From Basidiobolus meristosporus CBS 931.73 (taxonomy: Eukaryota; Fungi; Basidiobolomycota): a DNA stretch of 64,000 bases. The notes below the pieces were generated by a model. It ran no database searches. It worked only from the letters and a program-made list of their open reading frames with translations, and was not told where the DNA came from. Shown here one piece after another: positions 26,701 through 39,610 of this stretch. Position 1 is the first letter of the stretch. Every line of letters starts with the position of its first letter. The DNA lies in NCBI GenBank assembly GCA_002104905.1, contig MCFE01000257.1:1-64000 (forward strand), written 5' to 3'. The translations under genes and the position numbers were made by a program.

Positions 26701-27599
26701 TTGAAATAATTAGGAGTCCACCTAATTATTAATATATTATGAACTAGCACTTAGTGAAATGATATATTTTAGATTATCAACATGAAAATTAGTTTGTAAG
26801 ATATTTACTAATTATTAGGAATTAGAGAAGTACAGAATTTTAGGAAAATCTGAAACTTGTCCAAATGAGCCAAAACTTGGCACATGTACTCCTGAGACTC
26901 CCCTAATAATGACCAAATAGTTGCATTTACGTAGTTCTGCAATAAGTATAAATACTGTGTTGCAACTCAATAAAACATCAAGTGAATATCATGTAAATCT
27001 TCTTGAACCATTGTGCACCATTGATCACTAAATTTTTGATGCAAGTAATATTAAGGTTTTCTCACACCTGAGACAGAACCTCCTAAATAGACACCCTGCA
27101 TACTTAAACATCATCTATAGCACTAGTGCAGCCAATTGATTTGTCTTGCAGCTACCCAATTTGTTGTGTGCCAGCTAAGACACGTTGTCCAATTACTGTT
27201 ATCAGGGATTTACTTGCTCAGTAGGCAAAATGGGATTTTAATGGTAAATCAGGGAGCTTGTGTATTGGTCAATGAGCAAACTGGAAGCTCACTGCTTCAG
27301 GATACCTCTAGACTAATCAACAACTGACACACTATCCAATTGGAGCAATGGTAACTAAAATGCTAAGGATCTGAATAGTCTGTATTGTGGTACACATTCA
27401 TTTCCAAAAGCATTAAACAAACACATCCAGATTCTGGATGTTACCTGCCATGATAATAGTATTTAGTTGCACATGTGATGCAAACTCTATGAGTTGGTGC
27501 AATCATCCATGCTAACCTCATTGTGTCAGATTATGCCAAACAGTGCAAGCTTGTCTAACAGTAATCCTGTAAACTGATAGCTGCAACATTGCACCTAGT

Positions 27600-28455
27600 T
27601 GTCCAAAACAACTGCAGACTGTGCTGCACACCCTGGCATGGTACAATGGAGCATATCTGCAAAGTATCAGTCAAGGCAGTAGTGGAAGACCTGGCAGTAA
27701 TAAAGGTAACTATAAAAAAGTCTACCCAAGCCAGAGGCAGGGAAGCATGAGAATAAACTGCAGTTTTCACCTATTAATTCTGGCAGCCAAGAACAGGCTG
27801 AATCTACAATATCCAAGACAATTTACCCACAAGACAATAGCAGCTTTCCCAGGAGATGAAAGCAGAGCCAGTGACCTGCACTCCAGTGCATAAGATGAGC
27901 CAGCAAAGAAAGGCAGCTTGTCTACCACTGCCTTCACATCCCCCATTGTAGACAGAGTGGAGATCCCACTGACAGACAAAACATTGACATCAAGAGCTTA
28001 ACAGACTATCAAAGTACCTACAGTGAAGTTTTAAAACAATAACAGGCTCACTAAGAAGTTACAGCACTTCTTCATGTGCAGTGCTGAAGAAAAAGCACTT
28101 GAATCTTCCAAGGACCTATTGCAAAGACTAGCAGATTAAGTGGTAGGCCTTGTAGTTACAGCTGAAGACCAGGATGTATGGTCACCAGTGCAAAAATAAT
28201 GACGCAAAGCTCTAGGGATTCCCCCAAAGTCATGGAGAAAGGCATTACAGCAAAATATTTGGTGAATGGTAGATTCTGATACGGTTACTTGCTGAGTACA
28301 GGGTTGGGGTTAATTTCAGTGTTGGGTATAGTAACTTATATAGGACAGTACAACTGGCAATTGAGTTATAAATGAAGCTTCAATGAAAATAAACCAACTT
28401 TTATATGTGAAGAGTAAGAGCATTGGCTGTGTCAGGAAGTAAGGAGTGTGAAAAA
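27600..28455 (+). repeat. Family X, copy 4
   Basis: GACAGAGTGGAGATCCCACTGACAGACAA and TTGCAAAGACTxGCAGAT shared with 11.1-11.3 kb and 41.4-41.6 kb; ends at a Copia LTR insertion. Confidence 0.75.
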
Positions 28456-29659
28456 TGCTGTAAGAATCTTAGAAATATTGGATGTGTCTGTGAGAACCAG
28501 TAAATTAAGTAGATCTTACTTAAGGATTTATTAAATGCAAATGTAGTATTTATACTTTTACATGATCTTGGTAATGTGACACAAAGAATAGGTTTAGGAA
28601 GGTCCCAAGAAAATGTGTGAAAAGGTTGGGGCTGTTTGAACAACTTTGAGAATTCTCATGTTCTATGTACCTGATAATTTGATGACACTATTCCAGGTAA
28701 CCCCCAACAAGGAATTTGGTCAGTACTCTCTAAGATCTATAGATAATGATCCAAATGACCAAGACTGGTGAGTATCTAGGTTGAATTACAAATTTCACTA
28801 CATTCCCACTCAGGAAAACATTTATACTAAATAGTCCTAATTGTGTCCTAAGATATTTAAATTTGTCTCTCACATATGGTTTGGTAATAATTTCTGCAAT
28901 GATTTCACTTGTAGGACACTAAACTAAGTTAACCAAGCTATGCTCTATGGCCTCACAAACAAAATGACGTCTAATATACACATGCTTAGCTCTAGCATGA
29001 CAAATTGGATTTCTACCTTGTTGTATACATCCTTGATTATCATGAAATAAAGTAATAGGCATTTTTTGACATAGGCCTAAATATGTAAAAAGCTTTCTTA
29101 ACCACATTGCTTCTTTTATAGCTTCACAGGCTGCCATGTACTCTGCTGCTGTGGTAGAAAGTTCTATGGTTGGTTGCTTTCTTGAATTCCATAAAATTGT
29201 GCCTTTGCAGTAAAGAAAGGTGTATCCTGTGGTAGATCTTCTGTCTGCCAAATTTTGTCCCCTATCAGCATCAGAATTTCCCATAAGATCCTGTTCTGAA
29301 TCCTTATAAGTGTATCTTAAGCAGATATCAGCTATCCTATTAGGTATCTAAAAATCCACTTAACTGCTGCAATATGATGAGATACAAAGATCTGGTTATG
29401 CTGGTTGACAACTTACACTAAATATGAAATATCTGGATGTGCTCCAGGCATGATATATATCAGACTGCCAGCCATAGATTGATAAGTAAACTTTGGGCTT
29501 TTGGATTACAACCAGCTCTGTTAATTAGGTTGAGTGTTAAACAAGTTGGGGTTTTTCTCTGTAGGCAGTAGTCACTAGTTTACAAGCTTCCATTTGGTAC
29601 TTCTTAACTATATCTTCAATATACCTAGAGTGGCATAGGGTGCTGGGCTGGGTACTTTT
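28456..29659 (-). mobile_element. Copia 3' fragment (RT end, RNase H, 3' LTR 28456-28802)
   Basis: STTGYTFLYCKG...STTAAEYMA...DNQGC (28919-29284); PPT remnant next to the LTR start. Confidence 0.88.
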
Positions 29660-30094
29660 TGCTATAAGAGTCTTGGAGATATTGGAAGTGATTGGGCAAA
29701 CAAGTAGACTATGTGGTTTTCACTTAATTATTTAATGAATGTAAAAGTAGTATTTATACTTTTACATGGTCTTAGCATTACAAGCACATAGAATAGATTA
29801 AGGAAGGTCCCAAGAACATGTGTGCAAAGATTGGGGCTGTTTAGACAACCTTGTGAGTTTTCATGCTCTGGGTACCTGGTATTTTGGTGAAAATATTCTA
29901 AGTGAATCCTGAGAAGGAATTTAGTCAGTTTTATCTAGGTTCTGAAGGTAATGATCTAAGTGACTAAGTTGGTGAATATCTAGGTGGAAATGCAAATTTT
30001 TACAACACTCCCACTCAGCTAAATATTCATACTGACTAGTCCTATTTTTGACCAAGGATTTTCAAACTTGTCTCCAGCAAATGGTTTGGTAAAT
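29660..30094 (-). mobile_element. Copia 3' LTR (29660-30007) plus PPT and RNase H terminus
   Basis: 348-bp LTR, GAGTGGGAG PPT, ...SKIGLVSMNI stop; cut at 30094 by a fold-back half copy. Confidence 0.88.
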
Positions 30095-30489
30095 AGACTT
30101 GTCCTGTTGGATAGTGCCACATTGAGCCATGAGTACCAATTAATGCCATAATGTACCAGGGAGGCCAAGTGAGCCTCTACTTGGCCACAGAGTGTGAAAC
30201 ATAGCTCTGCATCTTCATGCAAGGCAGCCCCTGTGTTTCACTCATTATACTGGAGAAAATCCATATTTTGACCTGTTTTTTTGGATCAATGTTGTGCATG
30301 ATGTGTAAGAGCACAAAAGGATTGAAGATGTGCACCTGGTACTCAATACCCATGGCACTCTGGATCTAGCTCCTGTAGCTTGTATCATATTACAAAATGA
30401 ATGAAACTATCTTGGTCCACTGGTACTATCTGGCACTACAAATGCTCTATGTAGGTTCTACTTTAGGGCTAATATTTAAATATGGTGCC
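30095..30489. mobile_element. Half copy of fold-back element (one arm plus loop)
   Basis: AAT then AGACTTGTCC..., full left arm and loop, only about 9 bp of the right arm. Confidence 0.85.
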
Positions 30490-30738
30490 TATGCGTATTT
30501 GTAGAGGTTAGTAAGCAGGAGGCCATAGCTTCTTTTGATTCAAGCTATATGTGGAATACCCAAGGTTGTAGTGGGTAAGCAAATAAAGAGGGGTGAATCT
30601 ACAGAGAAATATATGAATTGCACAGGGGGTAGTAGCAAAAGGAAATACCATATGATAAATTGGTACAGTAGTGTTGTATAGAACCAGCTGTAGGCTGTCA
30701 TACTGCCAATATAATGCCATCAAAGTCTTGCTGTGAGG

Positions 30739-31948
30739 TGTGGTAATGGAAAGTATTCCATTACTACAATATCTCTATGCCAATATTGCACTCATTTCTT
30801 TATTTTGCTTTTTGCTATTGTAACACACAAGTGAAAGATCAAGAATTTCCAACTTTGAAGAACAAATGCCCCAGACCCTGACAAGCAATCCACCCAAGAA
30901 TATTGTCATACAGAACACATAGTAGCCAACACATGTTTCAAATTACAGCTCATTTGAAGCAGTACTTAAGGAGTTATGACCAAAAGAGTCCAACTATTAA
31001 ATATACTATGCCTTATTGCTAGGATTACTATGGTGACTTTGATTGCATGTAACTTTCGAGCCAGCCAATCATATCACGTGAAATTTTCACAGGTGCTGCG
31101 CCTATGTCCGATCTGTGCCACTGCAAAATTTTAACTTTGTATCACATGTATTGCTTGCGCAATTGCCCAAAAACTTTGATCCTTCAAAATTTTCATATAT
31201 ATGACTTCCCCAGCTGAAAAATAAAGAGAGAGCCTCTCTTTCCAGAATCTCCACACTACAATTACAAGTTTAAAGGTTATAAGACTTCCCCTGCATCACT
31301 TGCACTGTTGAGTATTCTGACTTTGATCGGTACTACATCAGTAAACAGACTGCAATGCCCACAAGAATCCAATCTAAGTTCTACAAGAAACTACCACTTT
31401 TCTGTTGGAAAAGTCCCCTCTAAGAAGCCCCTTTACTCTAAAGACCCCTTTAGAGACCCCTTTAAGAAACCCCTTTACTCTAAAGAAGCCCCTTTAGGCA
31501 CCCCTTTGGTGTAAAGTCCACTTTAGAGACCACTACAAGAAGCCCCTTTACTCTAAAGACACCCCTTCAGACACCCCTTTAGGTCTAAAGACCCCTTTAG
31601 AGACTTCTACAACACACCCCTTTAGGTTAAAGGGGAGTTCAGAGTTTCCATTTTAGGAAGTATTTTCTCAGAAAGGAAAGTGACTTCCAAATAAGGAAAA
31701 GTTACTATAAAAGTAAATAAGCCCATTACTCGACAGAAGGTCAGAATACTGCTGTAGAAGTGATAAACACTGCCTACAGTATATTTTGAGCCCAAGATTG
31801 AGGAAATTAGTGAAAGTTATATCTTCTATTGGTATATCAAACTCCCAATAAACTATTTCAGTATTAGCATACTGGAAGTTGTTGTATATTGTTGATTAGC
31901 CTCTACATTGTAGAACAAGCCCCAAACTAATCATAATACAACACAACA
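30739..31948 (+). repeat. Gypsy-A 5' LTR (1210 bp)
   Basis: Direct repeat of 38036-39276. Confidence 0.95.
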
Positions 31949-31954
31949 AGAATT

Positions 31955-31971
31955 TGGTGGAGGACCTGGGT
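31955..31971 (+). other. Primer binding site, probably tRNA-Ala
   Basis: TGGTGGAGGA is complementary to the ...UCCUCCACCA 3' end of eukaryotic tRNA-Ala; 6-nt spacer after the LTR. Confidence 0.6.
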
Positions 31972-32015
31972 AGTTTGAACCTTTCACTATACAAGCATCA
32001 AGAAACGTTACAAGA

Positions 32016-33429
32016 ATGACCAATACACCACTCCCAGAGTTAATAGCCACTTTTAAAGGTGCCATTCCAGTAAAATTCTCAGGAGAAAATGTTACTGAGT
32101 TTCTAGAAGAGTTTAACAATATAGCTGCTGCATTTGAGCTATCACACAAGAACAAAATCCAGTTGTTTCCCTTTCCCTGTGAAGTTGAAGTATCAAGATT
32201 CTTACAAAGTTTGGACCCATTTAAGATATCTGTTGGCACTAACTATAACTGGGACACTGCTCAACAAGCTATTTTAGCTGAATACCAAAAAGAAGCACAG
32301 TTTGTTACACTAAATGAGCTAGAAATGCCTTATGACAAGACCCAACCCTTGCAGAAGTACATTCAAAAGTTTGAGTCAAAAGCAAGGCATGTTGAAGCAG
32401 CTATTGGAATTCCAAGATTTTATCAAAGAAACTATTTTCTGATGAGTATGCCTCCTGAAATATGTTATGCCATTAGCCACCAAGTTCAGGCTACAAGCTC
32501 CTACAACAATGTTAAACAAATGGTGTTAAACTATCAATCAGGGAGACAAGTCATGGATTCCATTAATATTCAAATGAAGATTTCCACTCCAGCTAAACAA
32601 ATTCTTCATCGTACAAATAACCCACAAAGTGATCAGGTTAGTGAATTAATTGATGCATTAGGAAAACTGACGCTTAAGTTGGACTCTCAAAGTGTACCAT
32701 CATCAAGCATCAACAAGGCAAGACCATAAAATCCCAAAACAACCAGTAATTATCCACAGCAAACCAAATATTGTGTGTACTGTGAATCTGCTGAGCATAG
32801 CCGTTATGGTTGTCAAATATTGAATATTGATATTGACAGTCATAAGGTTATGATTGATTGTTATGGGAAGATCTGTGATATTGCTGGAAACCGCTTGCCT
32901 ATCAACAGAGGTTATAGTGGAATGAGGTCCTATGTACTTGCTCAAGAAGAATCAAGTAAAAGCACCAAGACATCAAATTTCATACAAATCCAAAAGACTG
33001 CAGAAATTCCAAGCAAGGAACGTTACGTACTCACAATATCAGATCCATCAGGGCAGGTCCAAGAATGTCTAATGGAAAAAGAGGAAGTTGAAGAGTTTAA
33101 TTGCCTTATTGATAAGAGAAAGTATGTTTCTACAGAGAACAATCCTAAAAAAGTGTGTACCAACAAAAGAAATCAGCCAATTGTTGAAATACCAGTACAG
33201 CCAGAAACATCAAAAATCCAAAAAGAACACTTGCAACCTCAATATAAGTATGACACTACTGCAATTACACAGAAAGTTATCGACAAATTCTGGAAATCTC
33301 CATTTCCACAACTTACAAATCAAGAAATGTTCACCGCCATCAACAATCTCAGTCAACTACTACCAGAAATGGTTAAGCCTATGAACAAAGATATCCTGAA
33401 GAATTATCAAGAACAGTCATCAACAACGT
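32016..33429 (+). pseudogene. Gypsy-A gag
   Basis: 237-aa ORF (FSGENVTEFLEEF), in-frame TAA at 32727, then CCHC knuckle CVYCESAEHSRYGC in the same frame. Confidence 0.88.
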
Positions 33430-34500
33430 TGTAGTGGGGTGACAGTGACACCCACTGACAGATGTGCTCATTCCCTTATTTTCTACTTCCCTATATCCCT
33501 ACTACACTCATTTTAGTTTTATCCCATTTGTCTTACCCAATCAGTACTATCCCATAAGCCGGTTGACTATCACACCTGCTTACCCTATTGCATAAGTAAC
33601 CCCTCACTTTATGTAAGATTACTAGTTACAAGTGCTTCTATATTAGGCAAGTACCCGCGCCAGTACCCGTGACACATGATCAACCCGTGTCACCATCCCT
33701 ACCATTTCCATACCATATATGGTATCCCCATGTTACACAGGTTTCAGAATACTGATTCCTGATTGGTTGGATGTGCTGTGCCTCTTAGAACCTTCCGGCA
33801 CCTACTTAGAACATTCTTAGGTCATTCTGATGTCATTAAGATTTCTATTGATATCCGGAACCTTCTGGAACACCATGATTAGTAATCACTTAGCCTGTGA
33901 GAAAAGTATATAAGGGAGGCTATCCCTCAACAATAAATCATCATCCCTTTTATCAATATACCGACTTGTTGATTAGTGTGATCACTGCTACCTGCTGCTA
34001 CCTGAACTTCCAACCCTAGACCACAGGACACTCCCAGGAAACTGCGCTGACAGCCAACTGACCTTGGAGGCACTACTTGTGAGGAATACTCAGAGTAGGT
34101 ATCTTTTATTATATTTGATTCTTTCCCAAGTTTGTTCTTGTACAGGCAAAGATACTTTTCTGTCTTTGTAACTATTGACCAAAGCTGCATTCTTATCAAG
34201 TCCCTGCTGGTGGAGTTTACAGTTGTTTTGACTTTGGAAGCTTTAGTACATTGTCATCTCAAAGGACGCTGAACCCAGCACATACTTTTGTTAAGACGCC
34301 AACTAAGTTGGGGATTGTAGCTCAATAGTTTTCCCTTGACAAGCTTGTGGCTTTATTCCCCTTCACATTAGATTAGAGACAGAACCCAAGTATTCCTAGC
34401 AAGCTTTTGCCAGAGGTTATCGCACCCAGTGAACACCCCACACACAAAACACTTGAGAAGTGTTGGACGTATCTCTCCCTTGGACTTATACACCACCACA
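33430..34500 (+). repeat. Solo LTR of family B (1071 bp) inserted into Gypsy-A
   Basis: TGTAGTGG...ACCACA flanked by ACGT on both sides; homologous to 40029-41083. Confidence 0.92.
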
Positions 34501-37500
34501 ACGTTATCAAGTGAACAACTACAATTTGAAGTGGAAAAAGCCTTTTACTCTATAACAACAGGAAGCTATGCTGCTACAATCAACAATGTTGAAGTGGAGT
34601 GTGTTTTTGATTCTGGATCAGAAATCAATATTATCACCGCTATGACTTTTGAAAAAATCAAATTGCCATCGACAGAAGTTGCCTGGAATATGAGAACTGC
34701 TACAGGTGCAACAGAGAAGATGCTTGGACTTTGTCATTCTGTACCAATTGAAATTGGAGGTATCAGGGTTACTTCTCCCTTTTTCATTGTTGCCAATGGA
34801 CCCACTTTTGAGGTATTGTTGGGACAACCATATGGGAGAAAATCTCTTCTACAAGCTGATAATAGACCTGATGGAAGCTTATGGCTGACAATCACATCTG
34901 ACAATCAAAAAAGAAGGGCAACCTTTTATGCAGCAGAAGAGAATAATCCAAGAAATGCAGACTCCATTCCAGTACAAAATATACAGGTTCATAAGGATAT
35001 TTTGTTTTATGATGAACACTTCATTCCATTGACAACAAGTAAGACAAATACTAAGTATAAGCCAGTTGCATTGAAAGCAAAGCCAGTATCTACTGGAATA
35101 TCACCATCTGCCCACGACAATCCTCAAATGGAGCCTTTGCACAAATATGACAAAATCAGACTCACAGAAGAGAAGCTCAAGGAGTTGGCTATTGGGACTA
35201 CTCTTTCCACTGAGGAGAAAAGTCTCTTTTTGACTATGCTACAACGCTATGACAATGTCTTTGCATTTAATGATGCACAAAGAGGATGTTTATCCACAGA
35301 GCTATTTCCACCGGTTAAGATCCATACCGTTGAACATACACCATGGGCACTGAAATCATATCCTATTCCCTCAAGATTACTGAACAAAGTAATTGAAATG
35401 CTACAATCAAGATTTCAAAGCGGAGTCATTGAATATAGCTATGGACCTTATCGCAATCCCTGGTTTACACCGTTGAAGAAAAATGGAAGTCTATGGTTTA
35501 TTCAAGACGTACAGCATTTGAATAAGGTCACCATCAAAGATGCTATGCAACCACCCATACAACATGAGTATATTGAGTCATTTACTGGATATCCTCTGAT
35601 TACAACATTGGATCTTTATTCAGGATATGACCAAATACTTCTGGATCCTACCTCAAGAGATTTCACTGCTATGAATACACCAATAGGACTCATAAGGATG
35701 ACAAGAATTCCTCAAGGATGGACAAACTCTGTCCAAAATTATCAATGTGCAATGATTTGAGTTTTGGATGACTGTTTCCCTGAAATATGCCGACCATTTC
35801 TTGATGACATTGCAGTTAAGAATAAGTCCAGAGAAAAGGATACATTGCATGTCTTACCTCAAGTAAGAAGATATGTTTATGATCACATATGCACTGTTGA
35901 GAGGGTCATGAAGAAACTTCAAGCTTCTGGTCTGACTGTATCAGGAGCCAAATGCAAGTTTGGCTATGACAAAGCAATCATTCTAGGTGAACTTGTTACT
36001 GAAAAAGGGAGATTGCCTGATCCTGCAAAACTTTCATCGGCACTGAATTGGAAGCCACCAAGGAATATTCATCAAGTCAGACAATTATTAGGACTTACTG
36101 GTCTATTCAGAATCTGGATCAAGAACTATGCTCAAATTGCTAAGCCACTGACTCAGTTATTACAGAAAAACCAGAAATTTGAATGGCATGAAGAACAGGC
36201 AATTGCTATGTCAACATTGCTTGAGTCATTATCAAAGCCACCTGTCTTAGCAGCTATAGACTACAGTGTTATTGATTCACAACCAATCATTGTATCAGTT
36301 GATAGCTCTGGAATTGGGGTTGGTGGAATCATGATTCAAGTTTCAAAAGATCATCATCGACAACCTTGCAAATATCTTAGTAGACTATTCAAAGGGAATG
36401 AGCTTAACTATCCATCTATCAAGAAAGAAGCACTGGGAGTACTCTATGTACTCAAAAAGCTAAAGCCATACTTATTAGGAGTACACTTCACACTGGAGGT
36501 TGATGCCAAGCCATTATTAGGAATGTTGAATAAGTTGGAGCTTTGCCTGAACCTATTCTAGCACGGTGGATATCATACATCCAGATCTTTGACTTTACGC
36601 TGCAACACATACCAGGAGCCAATCACAAAGGACCTGATGCCTTATCTAGAAAGCAACCAAATTCACCGTACTCAACTGATGATGATGAGATTGATGAGTT
36701 CCTTGAAAACACTAGTCTTTGATTCTCATTCAGACATATGATACAAAGCAATTATCAACAAATCAAGGAATTTCTTACATCACTCAAAGTTCCTGCTGAT
36801 ATTCCCACAAATCAACACACAAATTTTAAAAAGAAGGCTCTGAAGTTTATACTGCATGACGGCACACTTTTCAGAAAAAGCAAACATGGAGTTCCTTGAC
36901 AGTATATACATAACACGCATGATGAAGAGAAGATCATTCAAGAATTGCATGAATCTGAATCAGGAGGTCATAAGAGAATTACATCAACATATGCAAAAAT
37001 CTCTTTATGGTATTTTTGACCAATGCTGTACACCAACACAAAAGAATATGTGAAATCATGTATTCCATGTCAAAGAAGAGACAACCAAAAGATGCATGAA
37101 CCACTTCACAGTATATACACATCTTATGCTTGGCAAATTGCACATGTAGATATTATACATTTACCAAGGGCAACAGCTGGGTATAAGTATGTGGTGGACT
37201 GTTGTGATAACTTTACTGGTTGGATAGAGGCTAGAATGCTGAAACAAGCCAATGCAAAAGCAGTAGCAAGATTTCTCAAAGAAGATGTATATCTCAGACA
37301 TGGTTCAGTTGGCACCCTTATTGCAGACAATGGAGAATGTGGATCTTACGAAATACAAGCACTAGCAACAAAGCATGGAACCAAGCTTATACATACTACG
37401 CCATACCACCCACAAGCAAATTCACCAGTTGAACGTGGACATTCTGCTTTTGCAAACACATTAGCAAAGCTTAGCTATGAAGAACCCAACAAGTGGGCAA

Positions 37501-38027
37501 ATAACTTTCATGCAGCAATTTGGGCTGATAGAGTTACGGTTAAAAGAAGTACAGGGTATACACCTTTTTTTTTAATATATGGACATGAAGCTGTTTTGCC
37601 AATAGACATATCTTTTGAGATTTGGCTTACCCTCCCATGGAAACCAACCATGACAACATCAGAGCTATTGCTAGCAAGAGTACAACAGATTCAACAAGCA
37701 CACACTCTGCAACAGAATGCAATAGAAAACCTGAAGAAATCCAGAATGGCTGGCAAGGAGAACTTTGACGCTCAAAAATGCCTAAGAAAAACATTGTTAG
37801 AAGTAGGTGAGTTGATACTACTTCACAACACAAAAAGCCAAAGAAACAAGGCATCCAAGCTGGATATGCAATGGCAAGGTCCCTACAAGATCATACATGC
37901 AAACACAAATGGATCTTACAAACTAGCAGAACTTGACGGTACACCACTTGCACTGACACAACCTGGTAACAGATTGAAGAAGTTCCATATCAGAAGTAAT
38001 AATGAGGGCATTATTTCTCAAAGTTAG
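34501..38027 (+). pseudogene. Gypsy-A pol (PR, RT, RNase H, integrase)
   Basis: VFDSGS protease, FLDD RT, VDSSGIGVGG RNase H, H...H...CIPC zinc finger, ADNGE/VERGH integrase; stops at 35758, 36897 and about 37018, frameshift near 36545; no chromodomain at the C-terminus. Confidence 0.93.
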
Positions 38028-38035
38028 GGGAGACT

Positions 38036-39276
38036 TGTGGTAATGGAAAGTATTCCATTACTACAATATCTTTAAACCAATATTGCACTCATTTCTTTAT
38101 TTTGCTTTTTGCTATTGTAACACACAAGTGAAAGATCAAGAATTTCCAACTTTGAAGAACAAATGCTCCAGACCCTGACAAGCAATCCACCCAAGAATAT
38201 TGTCATACAGAACACATAGTAGCCAACACATGTTTCAAATTACAGCTCATTTGAAGCAGTACTTAAGGAGTTGTGACCAAAAGAGTCCAACTATTAAATA
38301 TACTATGCCTTATTGCTAGGATTACTATGGTGACTTTGATTGCATGTAACTTTTGAGCCAGCCAATCATATCACGTGAAATTTTCACAGGTGCTGCGCCT
38401 ATGTCTGATCTGCGCCACTGCAAAATTTTAACTTTGTATCACATGTATTGCTTGCGCAATTGCCCAAGAACTTTGATCCTTCAAAATTTTCATATATATG
38501 ACTTCCCCAGCTGAAAAATAAAGAGAGAGCCTCTCTTTCCAGTATCTCCACACTACAATTACAAGTTTAAAGGTTATAAGACTTCCCCTGCATCACTTGC
38601 ACTGTTGAGTATTCTGACTTTGATCGGTACTACATCAGTAAACAGACTGCAATGCCCACAAGAATCCAATCTAAGTTCTACAAGAAACTACCACTTTTCT
38701 GTTGGAAAAGTCCCCTCTAAGAAGCCCCTTTACTCTAAAGACACCCCTTTAGACACCCCTTTAGTCTAAAGACCCCTTTAGAGACCCCTTTAAGAAACCC
38801 CTTTACTCTAAAGAAGCCCCTTTAGGCACCCCTTTGGTGTAAAGTCCACTTTAGAGACCACTACAAGAAGCCCCTTTACTCTAAAGACACCCCTTTAGAC
38901 ACCCCTTTAGGTCTAAAGACCCCTTTAGAGACTTCTACAACACACCCCTTTAGGTTAAAGGGGAGTTCAGAATTTCCATATTAGGAAGTATTTTCTCAGA
39001 AAGGAAAGTGACTTCCAAATAAGGAAAAGTTACTATAAAAGTAAATAAGCCCATTAGTCAACAGAAGGTCAGAACACTGCTGTAGAAGTGATAAACACTG
39101 CCTACAGTATATTTTGAGCCCAAGATTGAGGAAATTAGTGAAAGTTATATCTTCTATTGGTATATCAAACTCCCAATAAACTATTTCAGTATTAGCATAC
39201 TGGAAGTTGTTGTATATTGTTGATTAGCCTCTACATTGTAGAACAAGTCCCAAACTAATCATAATACAACACAACA
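38036..39276 (+). repeat. Gypsy-A 3' LTR (1241 bp)
   Basis: Direct repeat of 30739-31948 with an extra 31-bp unit in the CCCCTTTA array. Confidence 0.95.
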
Positions 39277-39610
39277 GTGGCCATTGCAATACCGTCAAGT
39301 TTCTTGCCACAGAAGGCAATTGGATGTCCTGGCCAATTGGAACCACTTAAATATATAGTTTAAATAGTTATTGAGCACTAAAAGACCACAACAATACCAT
39401 GCAAATATTATCACAGCACCAATTAAATCTTGTCAAGTTTTATCCCTTTATTTGGTTGAAAAATTAGCAAAACACTGTTGTGATCCCATCATAAGATTGT
39501 TAGGAGGGTCACTAATTCCAAGCTGCGGGTATTATGACAGTCTCTAAACAGGATCCTGACGGCTCATCCAGATAGGACCCACCCATGGGACCAAATTATT
39601 TTTCACAAGG

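Larger units (their letters stand above)
30739..39276 (+). mobile_element. Ty3/Gypsy retrotransposon (family A), structurally complete but disrupted
   Basis: LTRs 30739-31948 and 38036-39276 (TG...CA, roughly 98-99% identical by eye plus a 31-bp indel); PBS TGGTGGAGGA at 31955; PPT AAGTTAGGGGAGACT 38021-38035; 4-bp TSD GAGG/GTGG supported by a single GAGG in the homologous empty site near 5540. Confidence 0.95.

Noticed and set aside
26750-27600. AT-rich unassigned stretch, possible DNA transposon end
   Set aside because: No inverted termini, second copy or ORF that I can support.
31410-31635. Telomere-like repeat
   Set aside because: The unit is CCCCTTTA-based, not CCCTAA or CCCTAAA, irregular, and internal to an LTR.
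1637-35760. RIP-like CpA to TpA hypermutation suggested by CAG/CAA to TAG/TAA and TGG to TAG stops (1637, 2787, 32727)
   Set aside because: Nonsense changes can only arise in these contexts, so they are a biased sample; a full mutation spectrum is needed.
37950-38027. Chromodomain or env-like ORF in Gypsy-A
   Set aside because: Integrase ends shortly after the GPY module and its stop abuts the PPT, leaving no room.
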